The notes under the pieces are model-generated. The model worked only from the letters and a program-made list of their open reading frames with translations, was not told the origin of the DNA and did no database searches. DNA of 64,000 bases from Armatimonadota bacterium (lineage in GTDB: Bacteria; Armatimonadota; UBA5829; DTLH01). Location of the stretch: the NCBI GenBank assembly GCA_039679675.1, contig JBDKUN010000059.1:96001-160000 (forward strand), given 5' to 3'. The stretch's first letter is position 1. The number at the start of each line of letters is the position of its first letter. This document shows, in pieces, positions 28,861 through 38,803 of this stretch. Position numbers and translations under genes: made by a program.

Positions 28861-28897
28861 AAAAGGTCCGAGGCAAAACCCCGGACCTTTATTTTTT
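28861..28897. terminator. Bidirectional terminator
   Basis: AAAAGGTCCG..CGGACCTTT followed by a T-rich tail. Confidence 0.75.
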
Positions 28898-28915
28898 GTG
28901 ATTTGAACAAGCTAT

Positions 28916-30343
28916 TCAGTCTTCGACCCGCCGTGCGACTTTTCTCTTTTTCGTAGGACGGGAACTCTCAACGATCAGAGCCGCTATGCACCCCATTACC
29001 AGTCCGAGGAGGCATGCTGCAGCAAGCGTGATCTTAACCTTTGGTTTATAATAGCATTTTTCCGCAACGGCCCAATCCAGGACAGTAAACCCTTCAGGGT
29101 CCTTCGCTTCAAGCACTTTTGCCTGGCTCAACTGTGTGAGAAGCGATGTGTAGACCGCCTCAAGCGCTTTAACATCGCGCGTAATCCTGATGTAGCGCAT
29201 CTCATTTCTGGCATTACCGGCTATCTCGTTCTCAACACGTGTCAGAATCTTATTGAGCGTGTCCAGTCTTGCCTGAACACCGCTCTCCTTGATCTCAAAT
29301 TGCGCTAACTCCTGGACCAACTCCTGGCGAACTGGGTTTATCTGAAGAGTCTCGCTTGCCGTTATTTTAGGCACTTCGGCTTTTATCTGTTCCTTTATTT
29401 TCTCTATATCATGAGTTGCAGCCACAACATCAGGTGATTTTTCCGTCATGTCTTCAAGTAGACTTGCTCTCAGCACCTCAGCATCAGCGAGTTTCGACTT
29501 GAGCTGGCTTACAACGGCGTTTTCCTCAACTACCTTCGAAGCTTCTATAACGGTTTCATGGTCCTTTACTGTTGCTTTTGCTTCTTCAATACTCTTTTCA
29601 GTCTCTCGGGCTTCTGTCTCAGCCTCGATTTGCATTGTACGAAGAGAGATCAACTGCTCGACCTGCTGGCTTTCGGTCTCAGGAGGAGGTAGAGCAGGAT
29701 TGGCCTCCTTGAACTTCCTAAGCGTATTCTCAGCGGCGGAAAGCTCCCTGCGCGTCTTATCTACTTCTTTTTCAAGGAACTCCCTCTTCCGATGGCCTGA
29801 ACTAAACGAGTGATCTTTATCGAACTCCTGCAGTTTTCGGATATATGTGTTCACCATCTCAGCGGAAAGGCTGGCAGTCTTTTCGTCCGCGTTACTGCCT
29901 TCCAATTTGATACCGGGATTGCCCTTCTCTACCCATGTAGAAGGAACACTAAAGTAGATCTCCATAGTTCCTTCTTTTGTTTTCAACACTTCGATACCGT
30001 TCTGAAGTGATGAATAGTCACCTGCAATCTTGCCAAGTTTAAGCTCTCGTCCTACCTCTTCGCTCAACGTCCGGCTCTTCAGTATCCCCATATACATCTC
30101 CGGGCTGTTGCTGCTCGACATATCGAAGTCGCCTATATTGGGGACTCCCATGCTGGAAAGCAATCCTGCGGCTGAAGACTGCTTTGAATTAGGGAATATA
30201 AGCACAGCCTTACTCCTGTATGTGTGAGGAGTCAACAGGAGCGTGACGAGAGCGACCAACAAAATGATGATTCCTATTACGATAACCATCATCCGCCGGC
30301 GCCATATCACCTGCAAGTAATCGATGAGATTTATATCTTCCAT
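28916..30343 (-). CDS. Polysaccharide co-polymerase (Wzc/GumC-like, no kinase domain)
   Basis: INLIDYLQVIWRR, two TM helices flanking a long coiled coil. Confidence 0.85.
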   Translation of the reverse strand: MEDINLIDYLQVIWRRRMMVIVIGIIILLVALVTLLLTPHTYRSKAVLIFPNSKQSSAAGLLSSMGVPNIGDFDMSSSNSPEMYMGILKSRTLSEEVGRELKLGKIAGDYSSLQNGIEVLKTKEGTMEIYFSVPSTWVEKGNPGIKLEGSNADEKTASLSAEMVNTYIRKLQEFDKDHSFSSGHRKREFLEKEVDKTRRELSAAENTLRKFKEANPALPPPETESQQVEQLISLRTMQIEAETEARETEKSIEEAKATVKDHETVIEASKVVEENAVVSQLKSKLADAEVLRASLLEDMTEKSPDVVAATHDIEKIKEQIKAEVPKITASETLQINPVRQELVQELAQFEIKESGVQARLDTLNKILTRVENEIAGNARNEMRYIRITRDVKALEAVYTSLLTQLSQAKVLEAKDPEGFTVLDWAVAEKCYYKPKVKITLAAACLLGLVMGCIAALIVESSRPTKKRKVARRVED

Positions 30344-30346
30344 AAG

Positions 30347-31981
30347 CTAAAAGAGTGCCAATAATCTGATTGTAGATATGATCTGCGATAGATCACGCCA
30401 GTCGCTTACTATTTTCTCGGATACGTATACGATGTCACCGGGCTGCATAACAGGATTATCTTTTGCCTTCCCCCTAATCCCTTTTGCAATATCTGCTTTT
30501 ATCAACTCGTTTTTATTGGAAGTTGCCCGGACTATGACGATAGACGATTTCGCTCTTCCTCCGGGCCCACCGGCCTGCGCTAGATAATCGAGCAGCCGTC
30601 CGTCAGGCTCGTAAGAGAACCCGCCGGGTTTCACGACCTCGCCAAACACGTATACCTTGTCCTGCAGGGCGGGCAGAATAAGCGTATCACCGCTTTCAAG
30701 GACTACATCCCCTGACTTGTCCTGCCTGGTGATAACCCTGTCCAGATCAAGCGCAATAACTTCGGTCTTGTCGCTGCTCCGACGTTCGATCTTCGCATGT
30801 TTGAGATCAGCCTGTGGAGTTGCGCCACCTGTCCTTACTATTACATCACCGGCCGTCTCACCATTCGCCAGACGGTAGACTCCTGATTTGTTTAGTACGT
30901 TTCCCGATACCCGCTGATAAACCCCATCGCCCTTAAATTCCCCAACCAGCCTTATCATCGGTTGGTAATCGGCAATAGATGGGATAACAAGCTTATCTCC
31001 GGGCTGAAGGGCCGGGTTATCGTTTCCTGAGAGATCAATGTGAATGGCTTTTACACTGCCATCAGGATTATTGCGCCTTATTACGGCGTTCGTACCCGAA
31101 GCAGTCGGCAGCAGTCCCTGACAGAGATCCATCACATCACTCACATGGCATTCTTTCCCATCAGCAGGATGAAGCGGTACCATTTCGAACTGCCCCTGCC
31201 GTGATACTTCACCGACGACCGTAACCCAGTCGAGTGCCGGTGGAACGTAGATTATATCGCCGCCCTGTAGTGTAACATTTGCTTCCAACTCACCCCGGGA
31301 TACCATCCTGAAAACATCTACTACGTTGCTCTTGCCATTTCTAGTCAGCTTTACTCTGCGAGTAGAACCCGTAGGCTGAACTACAGCCTTGAGAAGCGCT
31401 TCCAGCAATGTCGCGGAAGAAGGAAGTACCTGCGGCCCAGGGTTAGCTATCATCCCGCTTATCCATACTTTTATGGTCGCGGGTTTTGAGACACTTATAT
31501 CGACATCGAAATGCTTGTAATACGCCGATAACTTGTCTTTGACGATTTCTTTCAGTTCAGGAACGGTTTTCCCTGCAGCATCAACCGGGCCTATGACAGG
31601 AAGATTGATTGTCCCATCATACAGCACAGGAAAAGTACTTATCGGACTATCTTTAGATGGAGATAATGTATCAGAGTCGGACTTTTCACGTCCATAGTGC
31701 AAATCCACTCTTCCCCTTACATCTACAACGAGCAAATCGCCGGGGCCAATAAGATAATCCGGGGATAAATAATAAGCTGAACGCGTGCTGTCATCAAGTG
31801 AAAGGGATTTCAAATCGGATGAGATGCTAATTCTATCGCCTGACAGGTCTACCGGGGCAACCACAGTCGGCTTGCTGGCAGTATCGCCGGAATCCGTCTT
31901 CTGAGAAAGCGCAGCCGGAACTGCAACAATGGTTACAAGCAATAAGGCCAAGATATATGCTCTTCCCAAGCTCAATTTCAC
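30347..31981 (-). CDS. Polysaccharide export protein (Poly_export + SLBB repeats, Wza/KpsD-like)
   Basis: YLIGPGD, DGTINLPVIG, repeated GEV..PG SLBB units, C-terminal helix. Confidence 0.88.
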   Translation of the reverse strand: MKLSLGRAYILALLLVTIVAVPAALSQKTDSGDTASKPTVVAPVDLSGDRISISSDLKSLSLDDSTRSAYYLSPDYLIGPGDLLVVDVRGRVDLHYGREKSDSDTLSPSKDSPISTFPVLYDGTINLPVIGPVDAAGKTVPELKEIVKDKLSAYYKHFDVDISVSKPATIKVWISGMIANPGPQVLPSSATLLEALLKAVVQPTGSTRRVKLTRNGKSNVVDVFRMVSRGELEANVTLQGGDIIYVPPALDWVTVVGEVSRQGQFEMVPLHPADGKECHVSDVMDLCQGLLPTASGTNAVIRRNNPDGSVKAIHIDLSGNDNPALQPGDKLVIPSIADYQPMIRLVGEFKGDGVYQRVSGNVLNKSGVYRLANGETAGDVIVRTGGATPQADLKHAKIERRSSDKTEVIALDLDRVITRQDKSGDVVLESGDTLILPALQDKVYVFGEVVKPGGFSYEPDGRLLDYLAQAGGPGGRAKSSIVIVRATSNKNELIKADIAKGIRGKAKDNPVMQPGDIVYVSEKIVSDWRDLSQIISTIRLLALF

Positions 31982-32040
31982 CTCAGATATCCCTTTTCAC
32001 ATTTTAACCCCGTAATATTACGGGCAACCATGGTGATCAT

Positions 32041-32100
32041 AGTATATCAAGCCGGATAAACCAGGTCAAGCTTGACGATGAACCTGCCTGATGATATACT
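32041..32100. promoter_or_regulatory. Back-to-back divergent sigma70 promoters
   Basis: Plus: TTGACG-N17-TATACT (32072-32100); minus: TTGACC-N17-TATACT (32069-32041). Confidence 0.75.
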
Positions 32101-32204
32101 TTGCCTATTGCGGCGAGTGACGGAGACAGGTATAAAACTCTCCGTCATTTTAATTTATTCGCCATTACGGATCGGGCTTGGGCCCGCATTTGCAGGAGAC
32201 GAAT

Positions 32205-32696
32205 TTGACGGAAGACGTTGACATCAAGCAGGTCGAAGAACTCGTAAAGCTGGTTGAAGAGCATAACCTTGCTGAACTGACCGTCGAAGAACACGGTACA
32301 ACTATCACAGTGAAGGGCGTGGTTGAGCACCAGACTCATATCATGCAAATACCGCAGGGATCTGTCCCACATGAACTCGTATACCCGTTCGATGCTGTCG
32401 AGCATGAGGAAGCATTCGAAGAGCATTCTACCGAAACGGTTGATTCATCGGACCTCATAACCATTGAATCTCCGATGGTCGGTGTATTTTACCGCGCACA
32501 GTCACCGGATATCCCTCCCTTCGTCGAGATAGGCGATATTATCGAAATCGGCCAGACTATCGGACTGATTGAAGCTATGAAGGTCTTCAGTGAGATTCCG
32601 GCTGAAGTTGCGGGAGAAGTCGTTGATGTTCCCGTTGATAACGGAAAGCTGGTCCAGCAGGGACAACCTCTTATCGTCATTCGTCCCGTCCCTTAG
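32205..32696 (+). CDS. accB: Biotin carboxyl carrier protein
   Basis: SPMVGVFY, IEAMKVF; TTG after AGGAG. Confidence 0.9.
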   Translation: MTEDVDIKQVEELVKLVEEHNLAELTVEEHGTTITVKGVVEHQTHIMQIPQGSVPHELVYPFDAVEHEEAFEEHSTETVDSSDLITIESPMVGVFYRAQSPDIPPFVEIGDIIEIGQTIGLIEAMKVFSEIPAEVAGEVVDVPVDNGKLVQQGQPLIVIRPVP

Positions 32697-32710
32697 GAGT
32701 TTTTAATCAG

Positions 32711-33655
32711 ATGACAATCGTTCGATCAACCGATTTGCCGGGAGTCCAAAAGTTTATAACAGGAAAAGTCAGAGATGTATACGACTTGGGAGATTCGCTT
32801 CTTCTGGTAACATCGGACAGGCTTTCTGCTTTCGATGTCGTACTTCCAGACGGTATCCCCGATAAAGGCAAAGTCCTCACACAGCTCTCTCTTTTCTGGT
32901 TCGACATGACTCGTGATATAGTAAATAATCATCTGATTACAGCAGATGCAGATGAGATTACCTCACGGCTGAAAAAATCTGGAATGTCGAATGCTGATGA
33001 ATATCGCGAGACGCTCCGGGGCAGGTCTATGCTTGGCGTAAAAGCAAAATCCATCCCGATAGAATGCGTCGTCAGAGGCTATCTCGCAGGGTCTGCATGG
33101 AGTGGATACAAGAAACTCGTCGGTGAAGCCAAAGGCGCTGATTCCGTCACACTTCACGGCGTAACTCTTCCATCCAACCTTATCGAGTCCGACAGGCTTC
33201 CTGAGCCGGTTTTCACGCCATCGACGAAAGAGTCTAACGGTCATGATATAAATATCAGCGCCGCCCAGGCAAGAGATATAGTTGGAAAAGATATTGCAGA
33301 CGAACTCGAACGACTGAGCCTGACAATCTATAAAAAAGCTTCCGATTACGCTCTTTCTAAGGGCATCATAATCTCCGACACCAAATTCGAGTTCGGCATA
33401 CTTGACGGCAAGATCATCCTGATCGATGAAGCCCTTACCCCGGACTCTTCACGCTTCTGGGACGCCGCTGATTATGAGCCAGGAAGGTCTCAACTTTCGT
33501 TCGACAAGCAGTTTGTCCGCGATTACCTGGAAACTCTTGACTGGAACAAGACATATCCCGGCCCTGAACTGCCTGGGGAGATCATCGAGAAGACCAGCGC
33601 CAGATATAGAGAAGCATATCGAAGAATAGTCGGCAAAGAATTGCCTGAGGGTTAG
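32711..33655 (+). CDS. purC: SAICAR synthetase
   Basis: GKVRDVY, SDRLSAFD, ECVVRGY, DTKFEFG, TPDSSRFW, DKQFVRD. Confidence 0.97.
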   Translation: MTIVRSTDLPGVQKFITGKVRDVYDLGDSLLLVTSDRLSAFDVVLPDGIPDKGKVLTQLSLFWFDMTRDIVNNHLITADADEITSRLKKSGMSNADEYRETLRGRSMLGVKAKSIPIECVVRGYLAGSAWSGYKKLVGEAKGADSVTLHGVTLPSNLIESDRLPEPVFTPSTKESNGHDINISAAQARDIVGKDIADELERLSLTIYKKASDYALSKGIIISDTKFEFGILDGKIILIDEALTPDSSRFWDAADYEPGRSQLSFDKQFVRDYLETLDWNKTYPGPELPGEIIEKTSARYREAYRRIVGKELPEG

Positions 33656-33659
33656 AATT

Positions 33660-33702
33660 AAAAGCCCCCAGCTGGTTAAATTATCAGACTGGGGGCTTTT
33701 TT
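33660..33702. terminator. Bidirectional terminator
   Basis: AAAAGCCCCCAG..CTGGGGGCTTTTTT. Confidence 0.8.
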
Positions 33703-33707
33703 ATCGT

Positions 33708-36002
33708 TTATTGAGCCATTTTCACCGGCAGAAACTCGTCCGGGTTTTTCTTTCCTGCGATACCACCGCCCCACACTGATTGCTTCAACCCGGAGCCAAT
33801 ATCATTCACAAGGATCGAAACAGCAAACATCTTCTCACCAACGGGAACGAAAGGCGCAACCTCACTCCACGGAATAGCAATCTCATATACGGTTTTTTTA
33901 TCGTTCGAAATAGAGCAGATTACTCTTGCGCTGCTGGCCCTCGGCTTTCCGAATAGCCTGCTAGCAGCTTGGTTAGTCCCATCTGTCGCAAATACAAACT
34001 CATGGTCATCATCACGATACCCGCCCGACGGGGTCAGCGCACCATCCATTAATGGGTCTATTGCAACACGCACGGAGTCCCCTCTCCATATTTCCAACCC
34101 AGAATAGGGCTGCATATGGACCGGGTCATCCGTCTCTACGCCGATATAAAACGCTTTATCATCATAGGCAAACCGTGCAGTAGATTTGGGCTCCGTCCCG
34201 AATGGTATGGAAGCAGACTTCCACTCTCCAAGACTACCGTCAACCTTTATTTGCTGCTTGTTAGCCACCGCGGGGGCAACAATATCGAAGGTTTTCACTG
34301 GCTTGCCATCCATAAGCACCTTCGCCGGGTTCCTGCCGGTTTTGAGGCCGGGAGCTAAAGCTGTAGAAAATGTGAATGTCTCTAGTCCCAAAGGATCGAT
34401 CTTCGTATCGGCTGATGCAGGACTGATTCGCACGCCGTCAGGAAGATCAAAGGCAATGTGAGCCTCTATTTTCTCCTGGTTATGGTTTATGATGGATATA
34501 CCAAATTGCGCTGTGCCCGGCATTACCAGGCTCGAAGGCATAACATTGGATTCAACAACCTTACTGGTTCCCATTTCGGTCCGATTGCTTATGCAGTAAG
34601 CGCCGCCCTTCCATTTAAATGAGAGTTTGCCTGTAAAGCACACCTGGCTTCCCGCCAGTTCATCAGGAATAGTTACCGTAAAGTCGTGTTTTATGCGTGT
34701 AGTCCCGTTCAAGACCGACGGAAGCGTACCGCCATCATCCTTAATGAGAACAGACGGATTGTCCGCCTGGAGCGCTATACTCGGCGCTTCGACCGGCTCA
34801 TCCATCACATTATAAACCTCTATGGTGAGTTTGTAGGGAATACCGGGCAGATATGTAAGAGCCGTTCCACTACCGCTTACGCTTCCCTCCATCTCTATCT
34901 TCAGGTTTGTGCCGAGAAGATCGAGTAGATCACCTTTAGGATTTCCATTGATGTCACACAGGCCGGAATTAAAGAGTGTCCGGTCTATATTTGTATCAGC
35001 AGGAAGGCGATAACCGTCGACGAGTATGTAATCTATCTTGCCGTCGCCATCCTCGTCTATCTTTTTTGCATGATCCTTATAGCTCGGCCCGATTTCATAA
35101 TCACTCATAGAATTGAAAAGAGCTCCGAGCACCCATGAAGGGTCGTAGTTTCCATCAGAAGTTGAAAGCTTTCTATAGCCATTCACGAGATAGTTTCGAA
35201 GGATATTCAACTCCCCATTCTGATCGGCGGCACCATCTACGGACTTCGGCCCCCACCCTTCTCCGACGAATATCTGTTTATCGCCATCGCCGTTTCTTTT
35301 CATTACCTGGTGGGCCGATATGATCTGATCGATATCTACACCGAGTTCAGGCTTATCTGTATACGGATGGATTTCCAGGACATCGAAGCAGCCTTTTATT
35401 CCGGCTCGGTAAAGTGCCTGCACATCTTCATCAGCTCCGCCGTAAAGATTGCCTCCGATCACCACATTACCTTTATTAACGGACTTGATTACCGGATATA
35501 GATGCGCGAGTGGCTCGACTACAAGCACCGGCCAATCAGTCCGGTTAAGTCTGTTGTACTCGCTGCCTGCTATGTGGAAATACTTTATTCCCAGCTCATT
35601 GCAATGCTTCGTAAGCTCACGAACGAACTTCTCGGCGACAACCCAATATCCATTCGGATCCTGTTGCTTGAGCTTTTCAGCCCATGGACAGGACAAATCG
35701 ATGCTTATGATCTTCGTCCGGCTGAACTCCATCATCTGATCTGAATCGAGAGCCGACCAGTCATAACTTGACCGAGGGTCCTGTTTCTCTATGTCACCCC
35801 ATCTGCAGGTGATCTGAGCGCAAGTTGCATGGGAATTCTTATACACACTTACAATTGCCGTCCTTGAAGACGGACTGGCGACGTTTGATGCGACAATCCC
35901 GGCGCCTACCATGCTCCGAACATCTACATGGTCTGTTCCGGCCATTACCGGGCCGGAAAAAAGAAGTGAGAGTGCAGTTGCTGCGGTAAGAAGAAAAGGC
36001 AC
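33708..36002 (-). CDS. Secreted clan GH-A-like glycoside hydrolase with Ig-like and CBM9/DOMON-like domains
   Basis: GSEYN and VGEGWG glutamates, FDVLEIHPY; C-terminal VDGSLGEW..YDDKAFYIG..WRGDSV..YEIAIPW. Confidence 0.7.
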   Translation of the reverse strand: MPFLLTAATALSLLFSGPVMAGTDHVDVRSMVGAGIVASNVASPSSRTAIVSVYKNSHATCAQITCRWGDIEKQDPRSSYDWSALDSDQMMEFSRTKIISIDLSCPWAEKLKQQDPNGYWVVAEKFVRELTKHCNELGIKYFHIAGSEYNRLNRTDWPVLVVEPLAHLYPVIKSVNKGNVVIGGNLYGGADEDVQALYRAGIKGCFDVLEIHPYTDKPELGVDIDQIISAHQVMKRNGDGDKQIFVGEGWGPKSVDGAADQNGELNILRNYLVNGYRKLSTSDGNYDPSWVLGALFNSMSDYEIGPSYKDHAKKIDEDGDGKIDYILVDGYRLPADTNIDRTLFNSGLCDINGNPKGDLLDLLGTNLKIEMEGSVSGSGTALTYLPGIPYKLTIEVYNVMDEPVEAPSIALQADNPSVLIKDDGGTLPSVLNGTTRIKHDFTVTIPDELAGSQVCFTGKLSFKWKGGAYCISNRTEMGTSKVVESNVMPSSLVMPGTAQFGISIINHNQEKIEAHIAFDLPDGVRISPASADTKIDPLGLETFTFSTALAPGLKTGRNPAKVLMDGKPVKTFDIVAPAVANKQQIKVDGSLGEWKSASIPFGTEPKSTARFAYDDKAFYIGVETDDPVHMQPYSGLEIWRGDSVRVAIDPLMDGALTPSGGYRDDDHEFVFATDGTNQAASRLFGKPRASSARVICSISNDKKTVYEIAIPWSEVAPFVPVGEKMFAVSILVNDIGSGLKQSVWGGGIAGKKNPDEFLPVKMAQ

Positions 36003-36193
36003 TGAATACCCCTCCTATATTTTTTATATCTTACTCAAAACGATCTGATCGGTTAATCTATAATAGCACCTGAAAGTAAATTCATAAAGCTGTTAGGACA
36101 TTCTTACACATAATCGGTGATTTTTCCTTCCAACATGAGGGGTTTGTAATATGTAAGGAATGGCAGGAGCGTTTTCCACCCCTGCCGGGGAGA

Positions 36194-36403
36194 CTACAAT
36201 TGCTGTCCACTTTTTTGCCCGGACTGTCCCATCCAGCCTGCAGAATGCTGGTTGTGGGTATACGTATTACAGTCGGCATGGTCCTGATGCAGGTTGACAT
36301 GCACTGCATCAGCGATACATTTTGTGTTTTCATTGTATGCACAATCACGCGCCGAACAAAGCACTACTTTGCCGGAATTTTCCGTTTCCATTGGCCTATC
36401 CAT
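36194..36403 (-). CDS. DUF1540 small Cys-rich protein
   Basis: CSARDCAYN..CIADAV..CNTY; AGGAGG RBS. Confidence 0.8.
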   Translation of the reverse strand: MDRPMETENSGKVVLCSARDCAYNENTKCIADAVHVNLHQDHADCNTYTHNQHSAGWMGQSGQKSGQQL

Positions 36404-36461
36404 GACATCTCACCTCCTGACCAGTCAACCGTTATATATCGCTAATCCAATCGATAGAGTC

Positions 36462-36487
36462 GTACCCTCGACCAATTATGATTAAAC
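36462..36487 (-). promoter_or_regulatory. SigB/SigF-type promoter upstream of the DUF1540 gene
   Basis: GTTTAA-N14-GGGTAC on the minus strand. Confidence 0.55.
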
Positions 36488-36712
36488 ACAAGCAGTCTGA
36501 CTGACGTGAACCCTAAATCCGAGATAGTTTCACAAAATTTACAATCTGTGTATTTACAAACTATGCAGTAGCAGTTATAATCCAAAAGGCAGTTGTAACA
36601 AGCTGCCATATTGTATCCGTTTAAGTGCAAGCATCTCTGTCGCATTTGGATGGCGTACTGGCATCGCCTTCGACCTTGCTTGAACTTGACGCAGCCGAAG
36701 GGGGGTTGGGGT

Positions 36713-36916
36713 TTGCTAACAGGAACCGTCAAATGGTTCAGCGACGCGAAAGGTTACGGATTCATCTCAACCAGTGATGGGAATGATGTGTTCGTTCACT
36801 ACTCCGCGATAAACGGCGCTGGACGGAAAAGTCTTTTTGAGGGGCAACAAGTTGAATTCGAGGTAGCCGAAGGTCCTAAAGGCCCACAAGCTGCCAACGT
36901 TTCAATAGTGGAATAA
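36713..36916 (+). CDS. Cold-shock protein
   Basis: [28 protein letters not shown]. Confidence 0.95.
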   Translation: MLTGTVKWFSDAKGYGFISTSDGNDVFVHYSAINGAGRKSLFEGQQVEFEVAEGPKGPQAANVSIVE

Positions 36917-36935
36917 TCGTTGATATTTACCCCAT

Positions 36936-36966
36936 GAACCCCCGGCCGAATTCGGCGGGGGTTCTC
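36936..36966. terminator. Hairpin between convergent csp and comF
   Basis: GAACCCC..GCCGAATTCGGC..GGGGTTC. Confidence 0.6.
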
Positions 36967-36983
36967 CCTTGTACAGTGTTTTT

Positions 36984-37727
36984 TCAAATGCTGCGGGCAA
37001 GAGTCAGTACATGAACTTCTGCAGCTCCTGCACTTTTCAAAGCACGTGCGGCAGCATCCGAAGTGCTCCCTGTAGTATATACGTCATCGATCAAAAGGAC
37101 TTTCATCCCACTTATTCTTCCTGCCAATCCCGGTTCTACTTCAAAAGCACCTTCAACGTTGCTGTGCCGATCTTCCCTTTTTAGATTTATCTGCGGACGT
37201 GTCGGGCGTGTTCTATTTAGAACATTCATCAACACCGGAAGCCCAAATGCCTTTCCAATCTCTTCTGCAAGTATTTCAGACTGGTTGAACCCACGATAAC
37301 GTAAACGGGCCGGATGTATCGGAATAGGGATGATACATCCGACCCGTCTTAACTGATCTCTTTTCCCTCTTAAATAATCGACGACAAACGCCGCGAGTAT
37401 CGGCCCGAGTACGCGTTGACCGGAGTATTTGAACCGATGGATAGCTTCTTTCAGTGTTCCATCATAAGCGGCAACGGACCGTGCGCTGTCAAATGCATAT
37501 TCTACCCTATTACATTCAAGACACGGCTTTTCGTCTACCGGGTTTCCGCAATATGAGCAAACTGGAGGCTTTATCCAGGCAATACCGGCAAGGCAATCAT
37601 CGCAAAAATACTTTGGCTGCATTTCCCCGCATACGAGACACTTCGGTGGATAGATCAGGTCGAGTAATCCACCCCAAATATCCTTCAGAAGCTGGTTATT
37701 CGCTGATAAGGTGCCGCTGCCTTTCAT
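36984..37727 (-). CDS. comF: ComF family protein (double zinc ribbon + PRTase)
   Basis: YPPKCLVCG, RGFNQS, LLIDDVYTTGST. Confidence 0.9.
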   Translation of the reverse strand: MKGSGTLSANNQLLKDIWGGLLDLIYPPKCLVCGEMQPKYFCDDCLAGIAWIKPPVCSYCGNPVDEKPCLECNRVEYAFDSARSVAAYDGTLKEAIHRFKYSGQRVLGPILAAFVVDYLRGKRDQLRRVGCIIPIPIHPARLRYRGFNQSEILAEEIGKAFGLPVLMNVLNRTRPTRPQINLKREDRHSNVEGAFEVEPGLAGRISGMKVLLIDDVYTTGSTSDAAARALKSAGAAEVHVLTLARSI

Positions 37728-37742
37728 GAGCCTCTAAAATTG

Positions 37743-38594
37743 CTATACCGGATCGATTATTGTCTTCTCGACACCCTCGGAATTGCCATATGCAACCGAG
37801 AACCCCACTTTACTGGCTGCAGCGCCCCACTCGCCTGCTTTGTTAAGCGCCATCACGCAGGATATTTTGTCTCTCATCCGTGGATCGTCCGTAACAGCCC
37901 ACAGCATAGTGGAACGGCATGCCTCCATCGGGCTTGCGCCGTGGCGCATCTCCTCGACCACGCGGAAGCTCATAGCATAGCGCATAATATCCTCGCCCTG
38001 TCCCGTGGATGCCGCCGCACCTATTTCATTGTCACAGTACAGCCCGCCGCCGCAGAGAGGAGTATCCCCCACTCTACCCGGCAGCTTGTATCTTAGTCCG
38101 CTTGTAGACGTACCCGTGCAGATATCGCCGTTGCTGTCGATGGCAATGACGCAGACCGTGTCATGAGACTCCTCCATGTATCCGGTCTCTTTCCATTGTA
38201 TCCATTTTTTTCTGCTGGTTTCAGTAAGCATATTTCTGGGCTTGAAGCCGTTTTCTATAGCAAATTGTTTTGCGCCTTCTCCTGCCAGGAGACAGTGCGG
38301 TGTATTTTCCATCACCAATCTTGCGACAGAGATAGCTTCACCTATGTCTCTCAACGACGCTACGCCCCCTAATCGCCTGCCAGGTCCCCACATCATAGCT
38401 GCATCGAGTTCAACTATACCTTCCGAGTTTGGCGCTCCGCCGTAACCGACTGTTTCTACGCTTGTATCTTCCTCGATAATCCTTATGCCGTGCTCTACGG
38501 CATCCATTCCATTTGCGCCTGCATGGAGATGTTTCATTGTCTCAGTGCATGCAGCTACTCCGAATCTCCATGTCGCTATTGCTACTGGTTTCAA
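37743..38594 (-). CDS. N(4)-(beta-N-acetylglucosaminyl)-L-asparaginase (Ntn hydrolase)
   Basis: VGYGGAP, HD/TV autocleavage site, TSTSG, PGRVGD, STGQGE. Confidence 0.9.
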   Translation of the reverse strand: MKPVAIATWRFGVAACTETMKHLHAGANGMDAVEHGIRIIEEDTSVETVGYGGAPNSEGIVELDAAMMWGPGRRLGGVASLRDIGEAISVARLVMENTPHCLLAGEGAKQFAIENGFKPRNMLTETSRKKWIQWKETGYMEESHDTVCVIAIDSNGDICTGTSTSGLRYKLPGRVGDTPLCGGGLYCDNEIGAAASTGQGEDIMRYAMSFRVVEEMRHGASPMEACRSTMLWAVTDDPRMRDKISCVMALNKAGEWGAAASKVGFSVAYGNSEGVEKTIIDPV

Positions 38595-38803
38595 CTCATC
38601 TTCCTTTCAAAAACGACCTTCAATTACACATTCATATATGCAGACAGGCATATTCTCATATGCCTGTGCTTGCACATCTATTTTGCATCACGACGGGCAC
38701 TCATGGCAAGTGTTCAGCGTTGATAAATGCAACGTCTTCCATGCTGCATCAGCTCATGTATTTTAATTTGCACTTAAATATTAACATATTGTCTGTTTTA
38801 AAC

